From Chrysomallon squamiferum (Eukaryota; Animalia; Mollusca): a DNA stretch of 64,000 bases. Of this stretch, positions 36,701 through 52,100 are shown piece by piece; position 1 is the stretch's first letter; the number at the start of each line of letters is the position of its first letter. The notes beneath the pieces were generated by a model. That model was not told the origin of the DNA, made no database searches, and saw only the letters and a list, made by a program, of their open reading frames with translations. Both the position numbers and the translations under genes were made by a program. Location of the stretch: contig CM022671.1 in assembly GCA_012295275.1 (NCBI GenBank), positions 31,930,001 to 31,994,000 of the forward strand. Reading direction: 5' to 3'.

Positions 36701-39700
36701 CACCAGCTGAAGATATATTTACATGATGGTAATGGCACTGATCAAGAGACTGGTTATCTTCATAGGAGAAAGAAATAGGTGGAGGAACACTGTCAACTGT
36801 TATACCATCTGAAGAAGACACTACATAATTTCTGGGACAGTTGTTTCCAGTTCTTGCTCTAACAGATACATAATATTTAATCCCATCAAAATTTGTGTTG
36901 TGTATCTGAGCAAAGCCAGATGTGGAACTTGTGACTGCTAGTCCATACTCTGTGTATGAGAGGACATCAGTGAAGAAAGGCTGAGTGCCTATGGCCCATT
37001 CAAACCCAAATATTCCACAAGCTTCACTCTCAAAACCTGAGAAAGACATAGCCAGTGATGACATGTCACGTTGATAATTTTCATCATGATACCTGTTTCT
37101 TCCATCAAATACTAGACCACGCACATCACCTTTTATCACTCTGATTTTCTTGGACTCTACCTTTGAGATTAACTCTGCCCCATTGACAACTTCAACAAAA
37201 ACAGAATAAAGCTGGTTTCTGTTAGTAATGTCCAACTTAGAACTGTCAATCTTGGTGGATGTTTCTTTGCCAACAGATATGAAATCTGTATCTTTCAAAC
37301 AGTCATTGTTTTTCAGAGCAAGACAAACTGATGATCTGATAATATTGCTCTCTCCATCCCTTGCCGTCCATGAAACATGCAAAGCATCACCTTGTATATG
37401 AACAACTGTTTTTCTATCATCATCCAGTTCTTCTTCTTCTCCTGGCATTGCTATTAGAACCTGAAAGAAAGGTATATTCAGAACTGTTTTTCATCTCATA
37501 ATTATTTTAAACTTTAAACACTATTTTAAGAAAAATCTTTATGAGAAATAATAAAAATTACTACACTTGATATTTCTAATTTGGTTTTGTCTTCATCAAA
37601 TGTACATTTTTTTATAAATGTCATTACATAAATTAATTATATGAAATATTTTCATGGATAATAATTTTATATTAAATTCTTGTTCACAATAATATTTCTT
37701 ACATTTTTCAGCAGAGGTGGAGTAGTATCAACAATAACTCCCTGGGATTCAACTGCAGTTGACATCAAAGCATTATTAATTGCTGTCACATGGATGAAAT
37801 ATCTAGCTCCATTTTGTAGAGACAGATGTGGAATCTGCAAATCTATTTTCATTAATGAATGTTTTCTTAAGTCTATTGAAGTGTACTCTTTATCTTTTGG
37901 TTTGAACTTGATCTTTGATCCTCCTTGTTCTTCAAATATTTTGTACCTGTATTCTTTCAGACTTGATTCAGAATCAGCAAATTCCCATTTGAAATTAAGA
38001 ACTGAATTTTCAGACTGATATAACACCCTGGTGACTCCATCAAAATGAACAACTCTTGGTGCTGTTTTGTCAAGGATATAGCCATCAGTCTGTCTCACAG
38101 TTTTCAGTCCAGCACCATTTGTTGCTTCCAGTTCAATTTTAACCCTGTCTCCATGTTTGGAGGCTATAGAATGGTCAGTGAATGAAGTGTCTTGTCCAAC
38201 ATTAAATGTTCCTCTGAGTTCCTCATTGACATAAACTCTAATCAAATAGTCTGCTATTTTGCTTTCAGGATCAAAAAATTTGTCCCAAACAGATTTCACT
38301 GTAGCCGTCTCAGAGCTGTAGTCTAAATCCTCCATCTTGTTGTCACCATCGTGTATCCATCCAGGTACAGGTGTCGTTTTATCAACCAGTACTGTAATTA
38401 TTTTAAATTCTTATACAAATATGATTTAGTATAAATACTTTTTTAACATAAATATATTTTAATATTCATTTTATGTTATTATAAGGACACTTTAAATATC
38501 TTTTATTAATATAATTTATTTTAAATATTTGGTTATTTAAATACAAATATATTTTAAATAATTTTTATTTCAATATAATTTATTTGAAATACTTTTTAGA
38601 TAAATATTATTTATTTTAATTACATTTTATATCAATATTTTTAAATACTTTTTAAAACAAATATATTTTTTAAATTTTTAAAACAAATATATTTTAAATA
38701 CTTTTTATATAACTATAATTCATTTTAAATATTTTTAATGTAATTAAAATATTTTTTTTAATAAATATAATACGTTTTAACTTCCTTCAAATACGTTTGT
38801 TACAAAAATATTTATTTTAAATACTTTTTCATATAAATATAAATATGTTTTAAATATTATCATTTTTATAAATATAATTTATTTTAAAACTTCTTATATC
38901 AATATAAATTACTTGACATATTCTTTTTAATACAAATGTGAATTATTTGAAATCCTTTTTTATATAATTTGAATTCTATTTTATATAGGTGTATGTTTTT
39001 TTAAATATTTCTCATATAAATATAATTTAATTCAAAATTTTTATAAAAATTTAATATGAATGTGAATATATTTCAAATAAATATAATTTAGTCTATATAC
39101 TTTTCTATATGAAGCTATATTATTTTAAATATTTTTATCTAAATATAAATTAATTGAAATATTTTGAATAGAAATATAATTTACTTTATATACATTCTTA
39201 TTTAAGCACAAATTATGAATATATTTTAAATAAATATGGATATATTATTTTAAATATTTTTATCTAAAAATAATTTATCCAAATATTTTCTATATAAATA
39301 TAATTTATTTTAAATACTTTTGTAATAAAAATATGAAATTTTTTTAAAAACATAGAATTTATTCTAAATATTTATATATAAATATATATTAATTTAATTT
39401 TTTTTATATGCAAATAAATTAGTTGAAATATTTTCAATGTAAATATAATTTATTTTATGTTTTTTTTATATAAACAAAGATAGTTTTAAAAAAAATGATA
39501 TAAAAAAAAATGATATAAAACCTTTTTATAAAAACTTTTTTATATAAATTATTATAAATATTTTTATATAAAACTTAATTTATTTTAAATATTCTGTATA
39601 TAAAATTTGTTATTTAATTTTTTTTTATATAAATTAAATTATTTGAAATACTTTTTAATATAAATATAAATTATTTGAAAAACTTTTTTTATATATATAC

Positions 39701-42700
39701 TATTTTTCATATATGACTCACGGTTTGCTAACCTCACAGTCAGCCTATTTTTTACACCTCAACTGGTTAACGAATACGTTATAAAATTAATTTAGATTTG
39801 TCTTTTTCTTTTCTCTTTTTTTTTGTTTTTTACCTCCATCTGACACAGCTGTGACATTTTTCTGGTTCAGAGCTCTGTTGTAGACTATCACTGTAGAAAA
39901 GTATGAAGTGTTATGCTGCAGCGTAGCTGATGAACATGACATTTTCACATCACCAGAGAACACTGTGTATGGAACAATGTCATCAATGTTAGGTTTTGTA
40001 CCTACACCCCACTGATAGCTGAAAAAATAATGATAAATAATATAAAATGAACATTAGTCAAAAAAATTGAAAATTGGGGATAGACATTTCTATTGCAGTT
40101 AAATATCATAAAATTAAAAAATATATATATCTTTTAAAAGATTTATTAAAAGTGAAGATAACTGACAAAAAAGAACATAATAAATATTTTATAAAGAGGT
40201 TTTTCTGAATTCATATTTATTATAGTCGAAAACAAATAAGGAATGGTATTAAACTGATACCAATTTTAGAAAGTATTATTGGATAATAATAAAAAAATTA
40301 TTACATTTTCCCTTTTTTGAGGAGCTAAAGTAACTTTCCAAAATAATAGATGTAATCACAAAAGTTGAAAAGCCTACATTACATTAAAACTTGGTAATTT
40401 ATTCTTATAGTAAAGTAGATGTCCAGAACTGAATAAAACAAGTGAAAATATATAGTACGTATTTGTACACTTTGTCTTCAGCAGTCCTTGTTAAACTACA
40501 GTCAGCTTGCCTAATCCACATATCCATGGACATCTACAGATTCATGGATCCAGGACATTCACAGGTCCATGGATCCAAGACAGCTACGAACTAAAGGATT
40601 CAGGATATCCACAGATACATCAATCCAAGTTAACCCAAAGAAAAATGGATCCAAGACATCCACAGATGTGCAAAAACCATGAATAGTCATGACATTTAAT
40701 ATAAAATGATATTATTTTACTTTCTGAGTTCATAACTTGAAACTGCATCTACAGGTACCACAAAGAATTGCTAAAACCCATGTAAATCGTAATGGCCACT
40801 GTATTGTTCATTATAGCATTATAAGAAAAAATTTAGTGTTCAGTAAAATTCAGAATTTTATAACAAAATATTTTCAAACTGCTGTTGGTCAATCTGGGAA
40901 TGACAAGCCTGTGGATAAGGTGGGCCAACTTTATTTTAATGTTATTCACATATACTTATAATACCTTGCAATGCCAGATTCAGCATCAAAAAAGTCAATC
41001 CACTGTGCACAAATCTTGTGATTGTCTGCCTGATACTTGAAATCTACCTTGAGCTCATCACCATCATAAACATGTCCTACTTCTGGCGGTGTTCTGTCAA
41101 TCAGTATTGGCTCATTTCCATAGGAAGCCGTAATGAGATCAACTAAATGTTTATAAAATTATCAAATTATCTCTCAATGTTAAGACCATAAGTGATACAG
41201 CATGAGCTGTAAATGTACATCTAGTTAAATTTCTCCCAAAAATTTCAACTTCTTTAAATTAACAAAATGTAAAATCAAAAAACATTTTTTAAAATAATAA
41301 TTACCTTATTTTCAAAATCTGCAGTGTAAAAAGCAACAAAATTTCATATGCATTGTGGGATTATGTCATTTTAAGAAATAGTATCGACTGAAAACCAGAT
41401 CTCATAAGTAAAATGAATAACATTGTACAAAATGAAGTATGTTAAGAATACAATATATTCATATTTAAAAATTAAAATTAGAAATTTGTTATAAAATCTG
41501 GAAAAGCATAAATGTATTTTTATTTTCTGCTTTATAATGAAATTATATTTGTAACTGATTTCAAATTCAATCATACTTTTAACTAATTTCAAACTGAATC
41601 ACAATTTTAATTGATTTCATACTGCATTATATTTTTTACTTATTTCAAATTGAACCATGCTTTTAACTGATTCAAACTGAACGATACTTTTAACTGATTT
41701 CAAACTGAACCATACTTTAAAGTTAGTTCAAACTGAATCATATTTTTACTAAATGTTGTTTACCTCTGTTTACAGCTTGAAGTCTCACCCAAGCCTGAAC
41801 TCCTGGTTTCAGTCTCAGATCTTCAATAACAAGGTAGGGATTTTCTCGCTGCATAAAAGCATGACGTGTGTAAGGCCTGATCATGACATCATACTTAGTT
41901 TTACCCAGACCAAAATCCACTCTGGCTATTCCTGAACCCGGGTCAGAAACATTATAGTAGACTCCCATCAGGTCAAAATCCTCATCAAACAGCAGGTCAC
42001 TGACTTCGTGAAAGACAGGGGGTGAAGTATCTATGGTGATAGGGGTGGAGTGACATACAGTTGTAACCAAAGCACCTCCATGGATAACTCTGTTAATGGC
42101 TTGAGTGGTGACATAATATTTTCCATCTGGCAGAATCAGGTCTTTAGCAAAGCCGGTGTATGTCCACTGTTTGGGACTAGCCAGGTTAGAAAATGGATCC
42201 ACAAATGTAGAAATATCACTTGAACAAACGTTGGTACCTGCAGCCCATGTGTATCCCCATATACCACTTTCATCGTCATGGAAACCATCCCAGTTAGCTG
42301 AAAGTTCCAAAAAATTACTTTGATTTAATTATAAATGGATATGCAAGAATAATAGATTTTAAAAAATTTGAACGTGATTATTAATAGTAAAAATCTTTAG
42401 AATTTTTTTTATTTGTTTTTTTATAACTAATGAATTATAAGCCTGCTCAAATACGCAAAACCTGTTAATCAATCATGCTGAAATTTAAACAAAAAATAAT
42501 TGAATAGTAAGATTTTTATTTAGAGAATAAAAATTTTAAGAGTCAGTAACATAAATATTTTGTTATAAATATAGAGAGATAAACAGATAGATAGAGAGAT
42601 AGAATGAAAGACAGACAGATAGATACAAATTCTCGATAAAGATTACTAGTAATTATTATATATAATTTATATTTATATTAATTTTTTAAAAATAACTAAA

Positions 42701-45700
42701 CAAACATGGCTGACAATAGTAAAATACCTGATATGTAATTATTAGACATGGAATATAGTGTTTCCTGCAGTGGTTTGTGACCATTGAAAACTGTTTTACT
42801 GCCGGGCCCATCAATTATTTTTCTGAAATATAATAAGTTATCATTTTTTTAAATCAAAAGTAATTTCTTAAACAGTAAGTTATCGTTCAATTCTAAATTG
42901 CATATTTCTAATTTATTAATGTTAAATCTGTACTGAAAAAATCAAATTGGTTTTGTTGTTTTTGCTTTGTTTTTGTTTTGTTTTGTTGTATTATTGACAG
43001 TTTTATTTTTTTTATTTTAGTGATTCGTCGGGTTTTTTTTTGATGGGGTTTGTTGTTTATTGGTGGGTTTTTTTTGTTGCTTTTTATTATAAATCTCAGG
43101 TTTCAACACTGTTTATCACTATGTGAAAATTCCAAATTAATATAATATAACAAATACAATTTTAGTTTAAAAATGTAATAATAATAATACAAGTGAAAAT
43201 GATAAAAATATAGATTTATCTTAATTTATTATAGAAAAAAGTATTTTGAATATGCTTGTTAAAAATAAATGAAGGTTTTATTATAAGACTTTTTATTCAG
43301 TGCACATTTTGAAAATAAAATATATTGTATGCAAATTTAATATTTTAGTAGTAGCAGCTGCTGTTATTGTTGTTGTAACTGTAGCTACAATTGCAGTTGG
43401 TTGTAATAGTTGTACTTGTAGTTGTGGATGTAGCTGTAGGTGTCAGTTTATGTATGTGTAGTAGTAGTTGCTGTCATGGTTGTAGCTGTAGTTCTTATAA
43501 CTTTATTATTATAATTTTTATTATTATTACTATTAATTATTATTATTATTATTATTGTTATTATTATGATTACTATTATTATTGGTGCTGTAAACAAAAC
43601 AACTAATATCAGTGTAAATTTCAGTTTTCTTAGATCAAAGCTTTATTGAACATCCAAAATTTAAATTAACTGTCTACCTGTGATTTGGTTTCCAGGTAAC
43701 TTCAGTGCAGCGTTGACTAACAGCAGCTTGACATCCATCATTTACTACTTCATCTTGAATCTTGTTTTCAATAAGTCCAGGTTCTGGTGGAGTAAAATCC
43801 ACCAAAGTTCCTGTTGACAGAAGGTATCCATGGTAACCAAGTGCATTGTATATATGAGCATTGATGTAATATCTTGCTCCATGTTCCAGAGTTATGTTGT
43901 ATTGTTTGAATGAGCTGTAGCCAATTCCAAGTCGTTCGTAATTCTGATATGATCCTCTAGCTCGAAGTTGTGAATTTGGTCCTTCTATAACTTCATGTAA
44001 ATCACAGGTCTCAGTATGTGTCTCGTAGTCAAAAGAAATACATTTCTTACCATAGTCTATGCATTTTCGAGCACACTGAACATCATTCCTTGTTTCTGTT
44101 GAATAGAATGGCTGAGCAGTCATCTTCCCAGACCTCGGAGGACTGAAATATTTTAGTTCATTGTTTACATCTGATCTGCTCCTAGTAACATTCAGATACA
44201 GTGGTTCATCATCCTTGATCTCTCGGCCATACTGACCTGGACTGTAGCCAACAGAGATATTGTGTATCTGCAGCAATGGGGAATCTTCAAACACTACAAT
44301 TGTAGCACCTATCATGTTAGGATGACTTGTATACTCATAGGATGCTTGCACTCTGCCATCTGGCAATGTATTGTCATACGTTTCAAGCTTACACTGAGCA
44401 AAGTTGCTTAATCCTTGACTGTTTGTAACCTTCACAGTCCAATGCAGAGGAATTCCATTTGGAAGATGCACAGGTGTCATTTGCACTTCCCCTCTTATCT
44501 TTGCCCATCCCATGACATTCTGACCACCTGGGTGATCTCCTATAGAATAATGGATGGTGAGATCACTACTCTCATCCTGAACAGGTACCTCTAAGCTGAA
44601 TGCAGGGTCTGTATGATGTCGACCCTGCAGCTGTTTCACAAAGCAGCCTGAAGCAGAAGTGGCGTATCTTTTGTGTCTTTTACACGAAGAAGAACAGCTA
44701 GGAAATTGTGGCTCAGAATCATCATTTATATAGCTGATCTTTTCAAAGATTCTGTGTCGGACACTTGGTGCAGTCCAGTGCCATATTGTTTTCTCAATAT
44801 TGATAAAAAATAATATTTTCACATATGCTGTCAGCTTCAATTCAAAAGGTATCAATTCAACATCCAAAGCTTTTCTGAAAGAAATACATACCTATAGTGT
44901 CATTTGTTTAATTTTTTTTTATGATAAACTGCTTTATTTTTATTTACATGATAGGAACATATATAAAATCCATTTTAAAAATATTTTCAATTCAGAAAAG
45001 GATTGCAGTGTCTGAATGGGTAAAATATTACACACAACTACACAGATCAAATCATCAAAATATATATAAACACACATAGAAACAATGAGAGTCAGGGACA
45101 GAGACAGATACAGACAGACAGACAACCAACCAAATATATAAATATTTTCTATAGACTGTGTGTGTGTGTGCCTGTGCATTTGTGTGAGTGTGTTTGTATG
45201 TGTGTATGTGTGTACATATGTTTATGTATGGATCTGTCTTCTGTGTGTGAGGTGTGTGTACCTGTCTGTATGTATCTGTGTCTCTACGTATATCTGTAAG
45301 TTATTAAAAGAAGCCTGTCAAAACACAGAAGACATGGGTAACAGAATTAGTCCTTAGTTTTCATATTTTCTCTAAGTTCAACTTGTTAATAAAACTTATT
45401 AATTATTGTGTTAACTGAGAAGTGCATAGAAAAGACTCTAATTATTATTATTTAATAGTACTGAAGTGTGTCAAGCTGTCATAAAACAATTTCTGTTCTT
45501 GAGCATCTTTTAATTTTACACTACATCAATACAAATCAATGGTGAATCATTATTAAAAGTGATTTATCAATTATACATACGTTTCTTTAACAGGTAGTTT
45601 GCCATAATTCACTTCCAGTGACAGAGGAAAATGTGTTTTCATGATGTAACCAATAAATCTGATGCCACCTTCACCAATAACAAAAAATACTGACAGGCTA

Positions 45701-46084
45701 GCATCAATTTTACCTGCCACCCAGGGTATAACAACAATCTGCAACAAATGAATAAATGAATGTATAAAATGTGTTTCTTGTGTAAGTATGTGTGTGTGTA
45801 CATTTGCATATTTGTCTGTGGGGGGATGTGGGGGGTGCATGCATGTGTGTGTGTCAGCGAGTGCATATGAGCATGTGTGTGTGTGTGTGTGTATGAGTGT
45901 ATATGTGTGTCTGAATGTGTGTGTGTGAGTATATGTGTAAGTGTGCATAAGTGTATGCTCTGTATATGTGGAGGGTGTCTGGGTATATACAAGTGTGTGT
46001 ATATATGGATCGATGTGTCTGTGTGTGAGGGTGTGAGTATGGATTTAAGGATGTGGGTATGAGTTGTGCATGTCTGTTAGTGTA

Positions 46085-46138
<54 letters not shown>

Positions 46139-49100
46139 CATGTATAGGTTATTAAAAGAATATATGATAAAAAGATTTAAAAAGTATTAAAAAAAAAAAA
46201 AAAAAAAACTTACTCTGACTAAAGATTTAACACTTTCAGTCTTTGCTCTAAATTTTGTCCCTATAGCTCCTCCAGCTGAAAATTCTGTTTAAAAAAATCA
46301 ACATAATACTGGAGAGCTTAATATATCTTAATCCAATAATCCAAATTAAACAAAGTTCAATAATTAGAACAATTGTTCTATATGTAATTTACAAAATATT
46401 ACAAACAGTAATTTACTTAAATATTGTTTATTAATAAAATTCCTTTAATTCACAAATTGCTGTTCTGTTTAACAAATTAATTAACTGCCACAGCAAAAAA
46501 TATTTGTTTCTGAAATTCTGTTATCTAAAGTTATCATGCTATCACTGTTATATATAATCTTTCATAATCCTTCACACAATATGTGTGTGTGTGTGTTTGT
46601 GAGTGTGTGTGTGTTTTAAAAGTCTAATAAACTGTATCAACTAGAGAATCTGCTAAATTATGTCAACCATTAGATTCCTTAAAATAAGTTAAATTAATCC
46701 TCCTTAGTAATATGAACATATAAACTGCCTAATGTATGTCGCAGTCCACCATAAAACCAGTCTTAACATGAATGTTGTGTGTTTTGAAAGAAAATATGAT
46801 TTAGATCTACAAGGATCATGGATTATTCTGATACATAAGCCAGCTTTGTAGGAGTTATGGCCCTTGAAGTTGCCAGATCTGCTGGCCGCCATTTTGATAA
46901 AACAACATCATTTCCTTGCCAACCAGGCGCATATTGTAACCACACTTTTCAAAGGTTGTAAATGCAGTTTTGTGATCCCCAAAATATAAATTTGCAGTCC
47001 ATTTGGTACATTTTTTTCTCAGAAAATAAAAGGTAAACGGGTCAGTGAACACAAACAATAGCATCCTTACTGACTTTATTTTAAAAAAAAAAAAAGTATC
47101 GTATTTAAGTTATGGCAATTTGTGAAATATATTTGACATCTGTATCATAATTTAGGACCTTCAGAATGCATCTGGGTCAAAAACGAAAACCTACCCAGTC
47201 AAACCACCCTTGTTTATATAAATGACTGTATTAAGGCATTGCTGGCTGTGATTTAAAACTAGCTTTTGATGAACTGTCACAAGTGTTATAGCAGTTTCCT
47301 TCATACTAAGTAATGATAACTTACGTATTTTGAAAATGAATGGCCCCACTGGAAAATGTCTCTCAAATTTAAAGAATGGAATGTACACTTCTGATCTCTG
47401 TCCTGGTTTTGGATAAGCTCCTTCGTCCTTCTTAAAATCAGGATTCTTAAGCTCCTCACTAAATTCAGCATATAGCTGTCTAGGCTGACTGTCCAGCTAG
47501 ATTTTTTTTTTAAAAGAAGAATATTTATCTGCATCCTGCTACAATGTTTACATATGTATGTGTGTGTATGTACAACAATAATATTTTGGTTTAAATAAAT
47601 TTAAAAAAACAAAACAAAATTATTGAAGTTAAAACTGAAGAAACTCAAAATATACCTTAAAATACTGAAACAATTCAGCTTCCTACATATAAATAAATCA
47701 TGAAATTTATCACTACACCCACCTGATTCCTGATTGCATTTCGCATGTCATTAACCTGCTCAACTAAATCTCCACTATCCAGGTTGAGATTGGACACAAG
47801 ATTTGACATGCCAGCCATGGATAAAGAGTCCAGATAATCTGTCTGCCTTTTCTCTCTTCCATGTCCATTTAGTTTCCATGCAGTGTCAAAGGATTCATCT
47901 GTCATATGTAGCATTGTGTAGTTATCAATCTCAGGCCTGTCCAATAATGAAGATCTTTTGGTTCTAAGATGTGCTGTAAAGAAAATTATAATTTATATTG
48001 TGGATATAATTACATGAAAAAATGTAAATATACCCTCCTATGTATATAAATAAAGACAAAGAAAGAAGTTCATACATATGTAGACACAAACATGTTTCTA
48101 TCCACATGTCGGACCAGATCCCATTCCAGAGTCCCGGCTTGTGACGCATGGTGTGTTCACCTCTCACTTCAGGTGGGAGATGCTTCAATGTACTCAGGTA
48201 GTACAACCCGTATCTCGCATAGTTGAAGTGAGCAGAGGCAAAAAAGTATGGCATCATTTGCTCTACTGCCCAGAGGTGGTGTGGCCAGTCTGCCTCTCGT
48301 TCTGCCCGCACGAAGACCATCATGATGAAGACGGGTTGATGACTGTGACAATGTTGTTGAAAGTCACTTGTTTAAGGACTGAGTCAAATCACTAATGGCA
48401 ACATGCAACAGCATAAGTAAAGGGGATGTTCTGTAATGACTTGGATATACACTGAAGTTGATTTTTGCATATTTTGCAGAAAATATTGGTGTGATCAACA
48501 CTGTAATGGTTTAATCTGATTCTTTACCCCTAAAAACATGTGTATAGACACCAAAATTATTTTGATACCATGTGTAGTTACTGAGATATTGACGAAAACC
48601 AGATTTTCAGTAATGGCGGCCTTAATATGCCTATTCAGCACAAAATATTGGTGTGTTCTTGACTGAAATGGCTTAATCTGATTCTTTACCCCTCAAAACA
48701 TGGGGATAGACACCAAAATTATTTTGATACCATGCATAGTTAATGAGATATTGACAAAAACAAGATTTTCCGTAATGGCGTCCTTAATTTGCATATTGTG
48801 CAGATTGCCCAAGGATGACAGAGTGGCACCATTCAGAATCTTAAAGAGCACATCCCGGAGGTATAGAAACAACTAAACAAAAACTTTGTACGGACTGTAT
48901 TGCAAGGTTCTCCAAAAGTCTGCGGTTTGGCAACCAGACTATGTCTTGTTACTGCAGTGTTGAGCCATCAGGCATGAAGCAGGTCAGTTCTGGGATTAAT
49001 TATGTGTATAAACTCCACTCCAAAGCTAAAAGGTAATTAGAAGGTGACAATAGTAATGAGTAATCTTTATGACAAACAACCTATGAATACACAAAGTAAA

Positions 49101-52100
49101 AAAAAATAAATAAAGAAAAAGAAATTATTATATTTTTATTTATAAGTATCATGTTCTTCAGTTGGCTAATGATGTTTTTAAAGATGTGGGTTTTTTTGAT
49201 GACACGGTAATTTATTACCAATATTTTTTATTATATACATTATACACATTCAAATTTTATACATTATCGCAAGCAAATTTAAATAAATATGTAGAGAAAA
49301 TACTTCTGTCATTAAAAAAAATGTAATTTTATCAGAGATAAACAAAATAATAATTCAAGCAACCAATAGCGTCTTACCAGCAAACAAGCTAATAAAGGCA
49401 GAAAGAAACTAAGATTTACCTGAGAAACATTTTTACCTTAACCGTGACACATAAGAGTAATATTGAAATATACCCACCTGTATAATTAACTTTCAAATGG
49501 TTGATGACTGGTATTCCAGGAAGACATAATCTACTGTTACAGAGAAGAAGTTTTATAGATATCTCTACAGTTGGAGCCTTGAATTTAATGTTAGTCTCTA
49601 ACTTCAGAACAAAACCAAACATTTTGATTCCTGGTGAAAATAAGTCTTTGCTTTCTGTAACAAACAAAAATACAATAACATTTCTTTAATGTAACATTAC
49701 AGATTATAGTATGAATCAACAATAATAACAAAAAAGAATTAACTAAAAATATGATGTATTTTGTAACAACAAAGTTATAACATCAGTACCAAATTAAATT
49801 TTCTGGACACAGATGATATGGAACCTCTTTTAGACCTGATAAAATTAGAACTGGCAGTTGAAATTAATTAATTCACACTAAACGTTTTTTTTTAAATTAA
49901 TAATTACATTTTCTTGATACAGCCTGTGCTAATTTCTATGCTAATATATTTCATTTAATAATTTAATTCTTATTTAATATTTTTTTAATTAATAATCTGA
50001 TTTTATTGGCACAGCCTGCATTAATACACTTGTACCATTTATGCTCATACATTTCATTTGTTTAATTAAAGTTTCTGGTAGTGTAACAGTTTAATGGATA
50101 TAATGGAACAGAAAAAACTGAGTGTGTAAATTAGTTATTGGCAAAATATATATCTCAGCATGTTGTTCTTGAAACAGCCTGCATGAGCCTTTGTATTATG
50201 TTTTGTATTTATACGTATATATTCTTCTGTATATTTCATGTTATATGCAGTCCTAATACTTATGATGTTTTCTGTAAGTTTTATGTTTTGCAAAGGCCTA
50301 ATATTTATGACTGTACATATTTTATGTTTACCTGTAGGTCTAATAATTATGACTTTTTCTACATGTTTTATGTTATGTGAAGGCCTACTATTATGACTTT
50401 CTTTAGAAGTTTTATGTTATATATAGGCCTAATACTTATGACTTTTTCTTTAAGTCTTGTTATATGTTTATGTTACAGTTGTATTTTATAAGTTCAAGAT
50501 ATATATGACTTGACATTTAGGTAATTTTTGTATTTACACTAATGACTTTCTCTATACATTTTATGTTATATTTACGATACATACGACTCAAAGTGAAGTT
50601 TTTAGAGTATCTGTCAGCAAACACTGACACAGTCAGTGCTGTGGGGTAAATCCGATATCCAGCTTTCAGACTAATAGATCTTCCAAAAACAGTAACTTTT
50701 GTCTCACAGACTACACCCAGACAGTCATCATCGGCACTGCACATTTGACCTGACCCTTTAGATATGCCATTTCTAAACTCTGGACAAGCTGAAAAACAAG
50801 AGAAGAAGATATGATGAACTCGGATTCTTTGATATTTATGATTCTTTAAATGTTTATAGATTTGTGGAGATTTCTGTTTTGAAAATTAGGTTATTAACCC
50901 TAGAAATTTCCCATACATCGTGTTTCACTCACAACACTTTTCTTCAATTTCTTGGTGGGAATTAGTTAGTGAAATTATGAGTTTACATTTCCTATCATTT
51001 AGTGGCAAAAATAGAACAGTTCAGCAGGTTTTTAGCAAGCACTGACTGTATAAACTTTCTCATTCAGTAAATGATTATTTTTATTTACTGTAGCACTTTT
51101 GTTGAACTACCAGTAATCTATTTCAAAATTCCAAATGGCTGTTTCAATCTTCTCCTTATAAATTTATACATTAAAGATATTAGATTTGATATCACCATAA
51201 GATTTTCTATAGTTTATTAATGGACTTTTTGTCTGTAAATATTTTACTCTGCAAGCATTTTCACAGTGTATTTTTTTGTATATACACTGCACATGAAGCT
51301 GATTAGAAAAAAGAAACAAAATACCACAGTCATAGTCTAAATATACATAATAGCTACAGTTGCTGGGACACTTATAAAGCTTCTCTTAAAGGACATCTAT
51401 TGTTAGTTAGGGTTAATTATGTTTTCTTTTCTGGAAATTTCCATTTTAAAAATGATGGATGAACTGGTTCATGTTACAATATATAGAACTAGATTACCAA
51501 TTTATGATTCAAGTTTTTTTTAAATATTGAAAAAGAAAATAAAAAATTTTTAAATATATATTGTCCTTAATATCCGATTTAAATCAAATATATTAAGATT
51601 ACAAATGTTATTTTTATTTTTTAAATAAAGAAAATGATATATTATGGTTCTCAATATGATGTTTGTGTTTGATATTTTTCCAACTTTGAAAGGTTGATGC
51701 AGGTAAAATGGCCAGAGAAATGGAAAGTAAAAATATTTTATAAAGCAAGGGAAGCATTTTCTGTTGACTGAGTTTTATAATACTTACTAATAGAAGCTGA
51801 ATTTTTTAACATAGAAAGAAAACCAAATTTTCCTCCAATAAAAGGCAATTTGAATTTTTTCATATTTTTGCCCAAAAGTCCAGATGAAAAACCATCCATC
51901 GATCCAGCAAGTGGCATTTTGAGAAGATTTTTCAGTTTCGTCATCATAAATGTCAGTCCATTGAATCTGTCTTCGAGAAAGTCTACACTCTCTATCATGT
52001 TCATAACATTCTTTAGAGAAAAACTGCCCATGTTAATTTCATCAAAGAAGTTCTTCATGTGTTCACTGAAATTTTAATAATAATAAATAAAAAATACTTT

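Noticed and set aside
47497-47535. In-frame TAG as a nonsense mutation in gene B exon 20
   Set aside because: The TAG itself provides a same-phase acceptor, so the frame stays open if splicing uses it; RNA reads would settle this
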